Below, one piece after another: positions 40,961-49,680 of a DNA stretch of 64,000 nt. The stretch lies in the NCBI GenBank assembly GCA_965218435.1, contig CBDCKW010000009.1, positions 608,001 to 672,000 of the forward strand, written 5' to 3'. The notes under the pieces are model-generated. The model searched no databases. It saw only the letters and a list, made by a program, of their open reading frames with translations, and was not told the DNA's origin. Origin of the DNA: Truepera sp. GTDB lineage: Bacteria; Deinococcota; Deinococci; Deinococcales; Trueperaceae. A program made the translations under genes and the position numbers. Every line of letters starts with the position of its first letter. The first letter of the stretch is position 1.

Positions 40961-41304
40961 GTAAAACAGTGAGTAGACCAACAAAAACTGAGGACGGCTT
41001 CGTCATTATCTATGACCCGGCCGACATTCCTGACTTCGATAGCGAGGCTGAAGAAGCAGCGTTTTGGGACACGCATACTATGGCTGAAAATCTTTTAGGC
41101 GGAGACGTGAGCGAGCTTGACCGGCTTGTGCCCGCTCGCCCCAGGGGAGTCAGCAAACGCCCCGTGTCAATCCGCTTTGATGACGACACTCTGACACGCC
41201 TCAAGCAGCTCGCGAGCAAAAAACGCACCAACTATCAGACGCTCGTTAAAAACTTCGTCAATGAACGGCTTTACGAAGAGGAGAAACGCGAGGGGCTCAT
41301 TTAG
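40957..41304 (+). CDS. BrnA/CopG-like ribbon-helix-helix antitoxin
   Basis: ATGA overlap; PDFDSEAEEAAFWDTH, VSIRFD, YQTLVK. Confidence 0.8.
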   Translation: MSKTVSRPTKTEDGFVIIYDPADIPDFDSEAEEAAFWDTHTMAENLLGGDVSELDRLVPARPRGVSKRPVSIRFDDDTLTRLKQLASKKRTNYQTLVKNFVNERLYEEEKREGLI

Positions 41305-41313
41305 GTTTACCCG

Positions 41314-42141
41314 CTAAACGTCTAGCTCGAGCCGCACATAGGCGCGGTCGTCAAACGAAGCAGCTTCCGGACGCCAGCCTTTGGCCGCTAGGTGGAGTTC
41401 GGTAAGGAGCGGGTCGTGCTCCAACACATACTCGAGCCGTGCTTCACTCGCCTGCAAGGTCGGCTCGAGCTTGGGGTAGCCGTCGCTTGCCAAGACAACC
41501 TCGCGGGTTTCTGCCGGTACTTCGATGACCTCGATGAACTTTTCTGGAATTTCACGCCTGCCGATGGCCCCGTAGCCGTAAGAACTGTCTGCCCGGTTCA
41601 TAAAGTGCGTTTGCAGCTCGAGCAGCGGTTTAACCGCTTCGCGTCCGGGGTCGTCCCGGCGGAGTGTCGCAACCGTATCGCCCGCCAGCAAACGCGCCTG
41701 CGTCACCAGTTGCCGAGCCTTGAGTACCACAGTGTCTACCGCCGTCTCAGGGTTGTGGCCCTGCCCGTCCAGCAGATATTGAGCGTCGCCCACGCGCCAC
41801 AGCTCGCGCTGCGCCGCCGAGTACAGCACGAACACAAAACACGGGGGTCTCGAGGGCGCGTGACTCGGTTTGGTCTCTTGCAGGGCTTGACCAACAGCGG
41901 CAGACATTTGGGCTACAGCTTCGTAGGCAGTCACGTCCGGCGGTAAAGCTTCGATGACCCGTGTGCCGGTCTGGGCGACAAACCGAGCTGCGCCGACACC
42001 CCCGTAGGTTGCGCCTGAACCGTCGGTCGCGCCGTCCAGCACCGCCGCAAAATGCGGTGTCACGACGAGCAGGTCATCCCCACCGTCGGCTGACCCGGCT
42101 TTTGAACAGAGGAGGGACTCGAGCACACGAAAAGCGGTCAT
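41314..42141 (-). CDS. PP2C-like phosphatase-fold protein
   Basis: AAVLDGAT, VGD, LASDGYP, FDDRAY acidic motifs; leaderless TAAAAT-6 nt-ATG. Confidence 0.6.
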   Translation of the reverse strand: MTAFRVLESLLCSKAGSADGGDDLLVVTPHFAAVLDGATDGSGATYGGVGAARFVAQTGTRVIEALPPDVTAYEAVAQMSAAVGQALQETKPSHAPSRPPCFVFVLYSAAQRELWRVGDAQYLLDGQGHNPETAVDTVVLKARQLVTQARLLAGDTVATLRRDDPGREAVKPLLELQTHFMNRADSSYGYGAIGRREIPEKFIEVIEVPAETREVVLASDGYPKLEPTLQASEARLEYVLEHDPLLTELHLAAKGWRPEAASFDDRAYVRLELDV

Positions 42142-42195
42142 AGCGAGATTTTAACGGTTTAGTCTCACTCGTGCGGCGCGTGCTAAGCTCGAGGG

Positions 42196-43071
42196 GTGAG
42201 TTTTACGAAACCCGTCTCAACTTTTTCTATCGTCGCGCTCGATCCGGAAACCGGCGACTTGGGCGTCGCTACAGCGTCTAGGTTTTTAGCTGTTGGTAGC
42301 GTCGTCCCCTTTGCCGAAGCGGGGCTCGGCGCGGTTGCCACTCAGTCTTATGCCAATACAACCTTCGGGCCGCGTACCCTAATGGCTCTTCGGGGCGGCA
42401 TCTCCTTAGAGCTTATCTCCCAAGCGTTCGCCGAATCCGACGAGCAGCACGATCAGCGGCAGTACGGCTTGGTAGACGCGCACAGTCACGCGCTGACCTT
42501 TACCGGCGCAGCGTGTCATCCGTGGGCCGGGGGCCGCACCGGTGAGGGCTACGCGGCGCAAGGTAATCTGCTCGCCGGGCCGGAGGTGGTAGACGCGCTT
42601 TGTGAAACGTTCGGGGGAACTAAAGGATCACTAGCCGAGCGCCTGATTGCGGCACTTAAAGCAGGAGACGCGGCGGGCGGCGACAAACGCGGGCGGCAGT
42701 CGGCGGCGCTTTTGGTCGTTCGTCAGGAAGGTGGCTACGGCGGCTTTAACGACCGCTATTTGGACCTGCGCGTAGACGACCACCCTGCGCCGGTCGGGGA
42801 GTTGGAGCGCCTTTTAGAACTACACGGACTCTATTTTGAGCGCCCAAGTGCAAACGATATTTTAACGATTGATGACGCTCTTTCCAAACGCGTGCAAGGT
42901 GTGCTCGTCCGGGCAGGGCAGCTGGATAAACCTCGAGACACCTGGGACGCCGAAGCAGACGCGGCACTTAGAGGACTCGCGGGGATTGAAAACTTAGAGG
43001 AACGCCTGTTAGAACCGGGTCAGATTGACCGGGTAGTGCTGGGGTATCTCAAGCGCAAATACCCGGCTTAG
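42196..43071 (+). CDS. DUF1028 (Ntn-hydrolase-like) protein with putative peptidoglycan-binding C-terminus
   Basis: TFSIVA, VATQS, QGNLL, GGDKRGRQSAAL, DLRVDDH. Confidence 0.85.
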   Translation: MSFTKPVSTFSIVALDPETGDLGVATASRFLAVGSVVPFAEAGLGAVATQSYANTTFGPRTLMALRGGISLELISQAFAESDEQHDQRQYGLVDAHSHALTFTGAACHPWAGGRTGEGYAAQGNLLAGPEVVDALCETFGGTKGSLAERLIAALKAGDAAGGDKRGRQSAALLVVRQEGGYGGFNDRYLDLRVDDHPAPVGELERLLELHGLYFERPSANDILTIDDALSKRVQGVLVRAGQLDKPRDTWDAEADAALRGLAGIENLEERLLEPGQIDRVVLGYLKRKYPA

Positions 43072-43075
43072 GGTT

Positions 43076-43558
43076 TTAACTCACCTGTTTTCGCAGCAAT
43101 TCTTTTAGCTGAAACTCGTGGCGGATGGGATGCATGACGGCGTGCTCTAACACTGCGTTAATCCAAAAAGGTATACCAGGAGTGAAAACAGTCCCGGGTG
43201 GCGGCTCGAGCCTGTCGTCCAAGATATCAGCCAGGGGCAGACGCCAGCGTGCTAAGACGTGCTCGAGATAACTCTCTGCCTCCACTTCAATAACGTCAAC
43301 TTCCGGAACCGGTTTGATGTCAGGGTCGGGTAACTCGAGGTTCCTACATATTCCGACCATGTAGTTTCGGGCAGCACTCAAAATATGTTGGAGCAGCGTT
43401 TCTAGAGATCGGTAGTTCTCATCGTTTGTTTCGGGGAGTTTAATGTTCGCTTTTTTGGCCTGCTTCCAGACCTCTACGCACTGCCGCAGGTGCTTTTCGT
43501 GCAGCAAAACCAAGGCTCTTGCGCCTCGAGATTTGTAATCGCCCAGTTCTTCAGTCAT
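43076..43558 (-). CDS. DinB-like four-helix protein
   Basis: LQHI...EHAVMHPIRHEFQL histidine pattern; GGAGG SD. Confidence 0.6.
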   Translation of the reverse strand: MTEELGDYKSRGARALVLLHEKHLRQCVEVWKQAKKANIKLPETNDENYRSLETLLQHILSAARNYMVGICRNLELPDPDIKPVPEVDVIEVEAESYLEHVLARWRLPLADILDDRLEPPPGTVFTPGIPFWINAVLEHAVMHPIRHEFQLKELLRKQVS

Positions 43559-44030
43559 AGTTTGCCCTCCCAGCTCCGCCCGCACTTTTCGTGTAAGACA
43601 CGTCTCTTACAACAATAGTCTGAGGCTCAAATCTGATGAGCAAGCTGTCCCTAGCGGCTAGCGCAGCCTTAAAGCGTTCGTCCCAGGCGCTTTCGTCAGC
43701 TCCCAGGTAGCGGCGCAGCAAGGTACGCGCTCGCCCAACCTCAAAAGGTTCGACAACGGCTCGCCCACGCATCCCGACGTGTTCGACCAAACCGGTTTGA
43801 ACGTCAAAGTCAACGATGCCGACCGCGCAGCGAGGGTCCTTTTGAATACGCTTTGGGAAAGTATCGGTCTTCTCATTGCCAATGATCCAAAGTGCGTCGT
43901 CTTCCCACAAAAACCAGACTGGGGAATCCCTCGGGCCGTCTTCTGAAGTCGTTGCCAGGTACGCGAAAAGTGGACGTAACAAGAACTCTCCCAGATTTGG
44001 CGCACGTTCTCGGTCATGGATAATTTCCAC
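43551..44030 (-). CDS. Pyridoxamine 5'-phosphate oxidase-like flavin-binding protein
   Basis: YLATTSEDGPRDSPVWF, DPRCAV. Confidence 0.8.
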   Translation of the reverse strand: MEIIHDRERAPNLGEFLLRPLFAYLATTSEDGPRDSPVWFLWEDDALWIIGNEKTDTFPKRIQKDPRCAVGIVDFDVQTGLVEHVGMRGRAVVEPFEVGRARTLLRRYLGADESAWDERFKAALAARDSLLIRFEPQTIVVRDVSYTKSAGGAGRANYD

Positions 44031-44045
44031 CGTTTTTGTACCTGT

Positions 44046-44549
44046 TCAGGTAACCTCGAGGCTGCGCCACAGCCTTAGCGTCTGCGCACCATCTGCTGTT
44101 CGTGGCTCCGTTTCGCGCAAGGCGAAACCCTTAGCTAAGTAGAACGGTACGCCTTTGCTATTTCGTTTCTCGACGCTTACCCATTGTTCGGTTGCTCCGA
44201 ATCCGCGTTGCTGCTCAGTCAGAGCTTTTAGCAATTGGGTGCCAATCCCTTGGCCGAGACGAGCCGGGTTGAGATAAAGGACGAACACTTCACCAACTGC
44301 GGTAGCAGTCATCCCGCCCCCGATAGCGCCGACGACTTCACCGTTCTCTTTGGCAACGATGTAACCGCCCCATTCGCGTCTGGGTGGCCCGGTTACTTCC
44401 TTAGTAATGCGCTCTAGGTTGTAATACTCGGCAACGATGCGGTCTATATATTCGCTTGCAAAAAGCTCTTGATAGGTCTCACGCCACGCGGTACTGCACA
44501 TTCTGGAGATGGCTTCAGCGTCTTCCGGCGTAGCCTGAACGATTTCCAC
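44046..44549 (-). CDS. GNAT family N-acetyltransferase
   Basis: LYLNPARLGQGIGTQLL, FYLAKGF. Confidence 0.85.
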   Translation of the reverse strand: MEIVQATPEDAEAISRMCSTAWRETYQELFASEYIDRIVAEYYNLERITKEVTGPPRREWGGYIVAKENGEVVGAIGGGMTATAVGEVFVLYLNPARLGQGIGTQLLKALTEQQRGFGATEQWVSVEKRNSKGVPFYLAKGFALRETEPRTADGAQTLRLWRSLEVT

Positions 44550-45398
44550 TTATTGCCCCTTAAACTCCGCTGTCCGCTTCTCCAAAAACGCGCTCGTCCC
44601 CTCCTTGGCGTCTTCGGTTTGCAGGGCCATCCCAAAGAGGTCGGCTTCAACCTCGAGCCCCTGCCCCAAGCTCAAATCTTGCCCGCGCACCACCGCTTCT
44701 TTGGCAAGTCCGAGGGCGACCGGCGCATTTTTCAGAGTGAGGCGAGCGAGGTCTAACGCCCCCTCGAGGGCGTCGTCTACCACCCGGTTGACTAAACCCA
44801 TCTGCAACGCTTCGTCCGCGCTGACGTGCCGCCCGGTAAAGATCAGGTCGAACGCTCGCCCCTGCCCGATCAGTCGGGGCAACCGCTGGGTGCCGCCGTA
44901 ACCGGGGATGATGCCCAAACCGACTTCGGGAAGTCCTAGTTTGGCGGCGTGGCTGGCGACGCGCAGGTCGGCGGCCAAGGCCAGCTCGAGCCCGCCCCCA
45001 AGCGCAAAGCCGTTGATGGCGGCCACAGTCGGGATGGGCAAGGCGGCGAGCGTGTTCATCACGTCTTGTCCGGCTAGGGCACTTTCACGCCCGCTAAAGC
45101 TGTCTGTGGAGCCTTGTAACCCGGCAATATCGGCCCCGGCAACAAACGCCCGCCCGCTCCCGGTGATGACGAGCGCCTGAACCCCAAGGTCGGCTTGCGC
45201 CAACTCAAAGGCGACGCCGAGCTCGTACAAAACCTGCGCGTTCAGCGCGTTGAGGGCCTCGGGCCGGTTGATAGTGATAACGGCTACGCCGTCTGTAACG
45301 TCAAACTCTAACGTTTGCAATTCTGAACTGAGGTCGCTCAGCTCGAGTTCGTCGTACTCGTCTAAAAGGTCGTGGTCGTGCTCGTGTGCGTCGCTCAT
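44550..45398 (-). CDS. crt: Enoyl-CoA hydratase (crotonase)
   Basis: NRPEALNAL, AFVAGADI, ALGGGLELA, PEVGLGIIPG. Confidence 0.9.
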   Translation of the reverse strand: MSDAHEHDHDLLDEYDELELSDLSSELQTLEFDVTDGVAVITINRPEALNALNAQVLYELGVAFELAQADLGVQALVITGSGRAFVAGADIAGLQGSTDSFSGRESALAGQDVMNTLAALPIPTVAAINGFALGGGLELALAADLRVASHAAKLGLPEVGLGIIPGYGGTQRLPRLIGQGRAFDLIFTGRHVSADEALQMGLVNRVVDDALEGALDLARLTLKNAPVALGLAKEAVVRGQDLSLGQGLEVEADLFGMALQTEDAKEGTSAFLEKRTAEFKGQ

Positions 45399-46264
45399 GA
45401 TTCGTTCTCCTCATAGCGGTAAAAACCTTCACCGCTCTTGCGCCCCAACTTACCGGCCCGGACGTACTGCCGTAAAAGTGTCGGTACCCGAAACTTGGGG
45501 TCTTGAAACTCACCGTACAAAGATTCTGCAGCGGCCAGCGCGATGTCTAGGCCCACCAGATCAATCAGCGCAAGCGGGCCAATCGGCATATTCGCCCCGA
45601 GTTTCATGGCGGTGTCAATCGCTTCGGGCGTACCGACCCCTTCTTGGAGGGCAAATACGGCGTCGTTTAGGTACGGAATTAAAAGCCGGTTGACGATAAA
45701 ACCGGGCTTATCGTCACACACGACAGCCGTTTTACCGAGGCGTTCGACTAAACTTTGGGCACGTTTTACGGTTTGTTCAGTGGTTTGCTGCGCCCGCACA
45801 ACTTCGACGAGCGGCAGAATCGGCGCAGGGTTAAAAAAGTGGAGGCCGCAAAAGCGTTCAGGTTGCGGAACGCCCGCGGCGATTTCAGTCACGGAGAGGC
45901 TCGAGGTGTTCGTCGCTAAAAGTGCATTGTCAGAGACGACTTCCGCAAGTTCGGCCCACACCGTCCGTTTAACTGCTAAAGTTTCAAACACGGCCTCAAC
46001 GACGGTTTCAGCGCCGCTCAACGCTTCTTTATCGGTTGCTGTAGTGATACGCCCGAGTGCGGCTCCCCGCTCCTCGTCAGTCAGGTTGCCCTTTTTGACG
46101 ATTCGCGCGAGGCTGCTCTCGATACTTTTGACGCCCCTAGCTAGTGCGTCCTCTTGCTGGTCGTACAAGGTGACGTTCATCCCGGCGACCGCGCAGACCT
46201 GCGCGATCCCTGCGCCCATCGTGCCCGCACCGACGACGCCGACTTGACCTTCGGCTTGACTCAT
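45395..46264 (-). CDS. hbd: 3-hydroxybutyryl-CoA/3-hydroxyacyl-CoA dehydrogenase
   Basis: GAGTMG, TNTSSL, GLHFFNP, PGFIVNR, GRKSGEGFY. Confidence 0.92.
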   Translation of the reverse strand: MSQAEGQVGVVGAGTMGAGIAQVCAVAGMNVTLYDQQEDALARGVKSIESSLARIVKKGNLTDEERGAALGRITTATDKEALSGAETVVEAVFETLAVKRTVWAELAEVVSDNALLATNTSSLSVTEIAAGVPQPERFCGLHFFNPAPILPLVEVVRAQQTTEQTVKRAQSLVERLGKTAVVCDDKPGFIVNRLLIPYLNDAVFALQEGVGTPEAIDTAMKLGANMPIGPLALIDLVGLDIALAAAESLYGEFQDPKFRVPTLLRQYVRAGKLGRKSGEGFYRYEENES

Positions 46265-46968
46265 CTCGCCCCTCCTAACGTAAGGCACGCCTCGAGCGCA
46301 CTCTTTGTCATCACCAAAACCTGTGCCTGCAAAAAGTTTGGGTCAATCAGCTGTGAATCGCCGATACGGTTTGAGGCGACCAAGATACAGCCGGTCTCAA
46401 CCTGCCGGAGTTTACCGAGTAAAAAGAGGGCGGAGGCTTCCATCTCGAGGGCCAACACGCCGCGTTCAGCGAGCTTCGGCACATCGTCCGGGCCGGTCGC
46501 GTAAAAGGCGTCTTCGGTTTGAATGAGTCCGATGTGGGCTCCCGGCGCAGCGTCAGCGAGGGCCTTCGTTACGGCAAATGAGGCGCAGGGCGCGTAGGGG
46601 TCGCCGCGCAGGTACATCCGGGTCGTCCCGTCTTGCGGCACCGAGGCGTTCGCCACTACCAGGTCACCGGGAGCCACGGTGTCCGAAACAATTCCGGCGG
46701 TACCGACCCTAAGAAGCGTCTTCGCCCCTAACCGGACGAGTTCTTCGGTGACGATCGCGAGGCTCGGACAACCCATCCCAGTTGTTTGGACCGAGACGCG
46801 CAGACCCTTGTAGGTACCCGTATAACCCCACAAGCCCCGGTGGTCGGTATAGCGGTGCGGCGACCTGAAAAAGGTCTCAGCGATGAATTTGGCGCGGTTC
46901 GGGTCGCCCGGTAAGAGCACGAACGGCGCGACGTCGCCGGGTTCGGCGTGCAGGTGAAGTTCAGCCAC
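46261..46968 (-). CDS. deoD: Purine nucleoside phosphorylase (DeoD/NP-I family)
   Basis: LPGDPNRA, TGMGCPS, RVGTAG, EMEASAL. Confidence 0.85.
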   Translation of the reverse strand: MAELHLHAEPGDVAPFVLLPGDPNRAKFIAETFFRSPHRYTDHRGLWGYTGTYKGLRVSVQTTGMGCPSLAIVTEELVRLGAKTLLRVGTAGIVSDTVAPGDLVVANASVPQDGTTRMYLRGDPYAPCASFAVTKALADAAPGAHIGLIQTEDAFYATGPDDVPKLAERGVLALEMEASALFLLGKLRQVETGCILVASNRIGDSQLIDPNFLQAQVLVMTKSALEACLTLGGAR

Positions 46969-47011
46969 CCCTCAAGATACCAGCTCAGGGGCATAAAGCC
47001 CCGGTAAGGTG

Positions 47012-47454
47012 TCAGTCACGCCAGGGATGTAGACGACGACGGAGCAACCAATCTGCTGAAACGAGGTGGAGGGTTGCTGCAACCGCAGGAAACAGCGTTT
47101 GTCCCAAGTTACCGTAGCTCACTCCACTCCGATAAGGGCGTCTAAAGCTTGGACAAGCCCCGCTAAAACGAGGAGACCGCCTAACCAACTCGTAGACCCG
47201 AGTAACCCTAAAGCGGCAATAAAGCCGGTGAGCGGCAGACTCCGAGCGGCGTAAAACCTCACATAAAGATCAGCGGCCGACGTTACTACGCTTTCACTTG
47301 GCAGCAAAATGTTGGGATTGATGAGAGCGGCAACAGCAAAGATGCCTGAAGCCGCAGCGACGAGCACGTTGACTGTAACGATCACTTTGCGGCGCAGCCC
47401 CCCGCTAACTTCTTGATTTGTTTGCTCGGCAGAATCATTCTGTTTACGGTTCAT
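47012..47454 (-). pseudogene. Small membrane protein gene frameshifted by a 5-bp tandem duplication
   Basis: ACTCCACTCC at 47121-47130; removing one copy extends the ORF by a fourth hydrophobic helix to a stop at 47012. Confidence 0.55.
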
Positions 47455-47764
47455 TCGGAGATGCTAGCGCGTAAATCGCAATAAATAAATGATGCAACGC
47501 CGCAGCATAGGTTGCAACTAGGGTTGTAACTAGCAATGAAGACGGTAACGTTTCTTACCGGATGTACTAGGCGCACGACTCACGACATGTTTTTTGTAGA
47601 CAATGCTGTAGACACCACTTTTGCAGGCACTGCCGGACGCCGCTAAGTTCCGTAAAAGGCGAATTTTCTACATGGCCGTCTTAGCTGGCGGCGTAGGCTG
47701 TAACTCTATGGGTCAACCGTTCCCTTTCTTTGCGTCTTCACCTGCTTATTGGCGGAGTGTTTAG

Positions 47765-48130
47765 GTGAGCCCTGCGGCATTTTTGGCGCAGCTGCTCGCC
47801 CTCGACGGTGTGCTGGACGCGGCGCTGATCGGCCCGTCGGGGGAGCCGCTCGAGCCTCTACAAGGGGCACAGCTACTTGCGCCCGTTCAAAAGGCGCTTA
47901 CGACCTACCTGAGTTCTGACCGGGTACTCGCCGAGCTTTTGGGCGCTGAAACGCCGCTCCAGACCCTTTTAGAGTTTGATTCCGAAACGGTGCTGCTTAC
48001 GCTGAGTACCCAGCTCAGCGGTAGGCCGTGCCGCGTCGTCACGCTCTGCGGGGTACGCGACTTAGGCGGAGTACGTTCCGGGCTCGAGCGGCTTTTACCT
48101 GAAGCGGCTCAGGTCTCTGTATCTGGCTAG
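47765..48130 (+). CDS. Roadblock/LC7-like domain protein
   Basis: 121 aa; LDGVLDAALIGPSGEPL, beta-rich C-terminus ending LGGVR. Confidence 0.5.
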   Translation: MSPAAFLAQLLALDGVLDAALIGPSGEPLEPLQGAQLLAPVQKALTTYLSSDRVLAELLGAETPLQTLLEFDSETVLLTLSTQLSGRPCRVVTLCGVRDLGGVRSGLERLLPEAAQVSVSG

Positions 48131-48245
48131 TTTCGCACGTGGCAAACGCACGGTGTAAGGGGCAGTAGGCTGGGTTTCGCTGCGGTGACTGGGTAGCCGA
48201 CCAGATACTGTAAGCGTGCGGTAGGCTTAGGCTCTGGAGGTTTTG

Positions 48246-48518
48246 ATGAGTGTCAGAGAGCTTAAGCTCGAGGTTGATAAAGAAACGGCTCGGGGACGCT
48301 ACGCGAACGTCGCCATTATCGCGCACACCAAAGACGAGTTTATTTTAGATTTTGCCCTCGCTTACCCAGGGCAGTCGCCGGTGGTCGGGTCGCGTGTCAT
48401 TACCAGCCCTCAACACGCCAAGGCGCTCTTGCGCAGCTTAGAAGACAACGTGCGCAAATACGAAGCGCGGTTTGGCATGATCGGCGAGCCGCCGCGTCCT
48501 CCGGCAGAAGATAACTAG
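48246..48518 (+). CDS. DUF3467 family protein
   Basis: GRYANVAII.H...EFILDF, RVITSPQHAKALL...YEARFG; GGAGG SD. Confidence 0.85.
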   Translation: MSVRELKLEVDKETARGRYANVAIIAHTKDEFILDFALAYPGQSPVVGSRVITSPQHAKALLRSLEDNVRKYEARFGMIGEPPRPPAEDN

Positions 48519-48741
48519 CGTAAGCCAACATAGAAGACAACTAGGCGCAGTACAAATACAGTAACGAGTCTCGAGCCGTGAGTCAAAGCTTTTGGTTTTT
48601 ACTCGCTGCTCGGTGCTCTCTACTTTTAACTTACTGCTCCACTGTCGGCAAACCTCTTTTGGCACGCTTTACGCCTCTGTAGCCCTGGATGCTGTTTTTC
48701 GGCTTACCTGCATTCGGCGGTGCGGGGGCTTTAATAATCTC

Positions 48742-49359
48742 ATGCCTGAAGTGGTCACGGTTTACTACGATTACGTCTGCCCTTTTGCCTGGCGCGGCGC
48801 GGAACTTGCCGAGCAGGTTGCGCCCGCGCTGGGACTTACCTTTCAGTGGCGACACTTTTCTCTCTACCAAAGTAACTACGCGGGCGGCAGCGGTTGGCAG
48901 CTTTGGAACCAGAAGTTGTCGCTTGATGATGAGGGGGGCGACAAGGGACTCCTGCCCTTTATGGCGTCTTGCGCGGCGCGGCGTCAGGGCGGAGAAAAAC
49001 ACGCGGTATTCCGCCTCGAGCTGATGCGTGCGCGTCACCGTGACCACAAACCCTTCACCTTGAAAACGCTGCGCGAGGTGGCCCAACGTGCAGCTCTCGA
49101 CCTGCCCCGTTTCGAGTCCGACCTCTCGAACCCCGAATGCCGGACCGTCCTAGCGCACGAACATCATCACGCGGTATCGCAAAACATCTTCGGGACCCCG
49201 ACCTTTAGTTTTGAAAGCGGCCACACCGCCTATTTTAGAATTAAAGAGCTGCCGCGCACAACTGCAGAGGCCGTCGCCCTCTTTTCGGGCTACCGCGACC
49301 TGCTCGAGCACTACCCCTATCTCGAGACGGTCAAACGGCCCCGGCCCAAAGGCAATTAA
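48742..49359 (+). CDS. DsbA/FrnE-like thioredoxin-fold protein
   Basis: YYDYVCPFAW and FGTPTF motifs. Confidence 0.8.
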   Translation: MPEVVTVYYDYVCPFAWRGAELAEQVAPALGLTFQWRHFSLYQSNYAGGSGWQLWNQKLSLDDEGGDKGLLPFMASCAARRQGGEKHAVFRLELMRARHRDHKPFTLKTLREVAQRAALDLPRFESDLSNPECRTVLAHEHHHAVSQNIFGTPTFSFESGHTAYFRIKELPRTTAEAVALFSGYRDLLEHYPYLETVKRPRPKGN

Positions 49360-49680
49360 AACTGGAAGCTTTTGGCCTGCTCAGCTAGCGGCGTTTACGG
49401 CGTACGTCTATAGCGTGGTGTAAGGGAAAAGAGAATACCGTAGTCGGTGGTCGCCGGCTTAGCAGAGAAAATCGCGTCTCGCCAAGGCTCATTAGTGCAT
49501 CTTGATCAAAGCGGGGAATTGCCCCTATCAAACCGAGCTTTGCTTGCTACGGCCTGACTCAGGGCTAGATCACGTTCTAAACACTGCTCAAGACTTGACG
49601 TGCATTTTTTGTAAGACTTGCTGCTCTAAACTGTAGGCTGTTAAGAGCTGAGTTGCAGCTCTTAAGGTGACGAGGGCGCG

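Noticed and set aside
48592..48741. Extended N-termini from the ORF track (also 8120, 8509, 23838, 40634, 46288, 60307)
   Set aside because: Downstream starts fit family length, overlaps, SD or leaderless signals better
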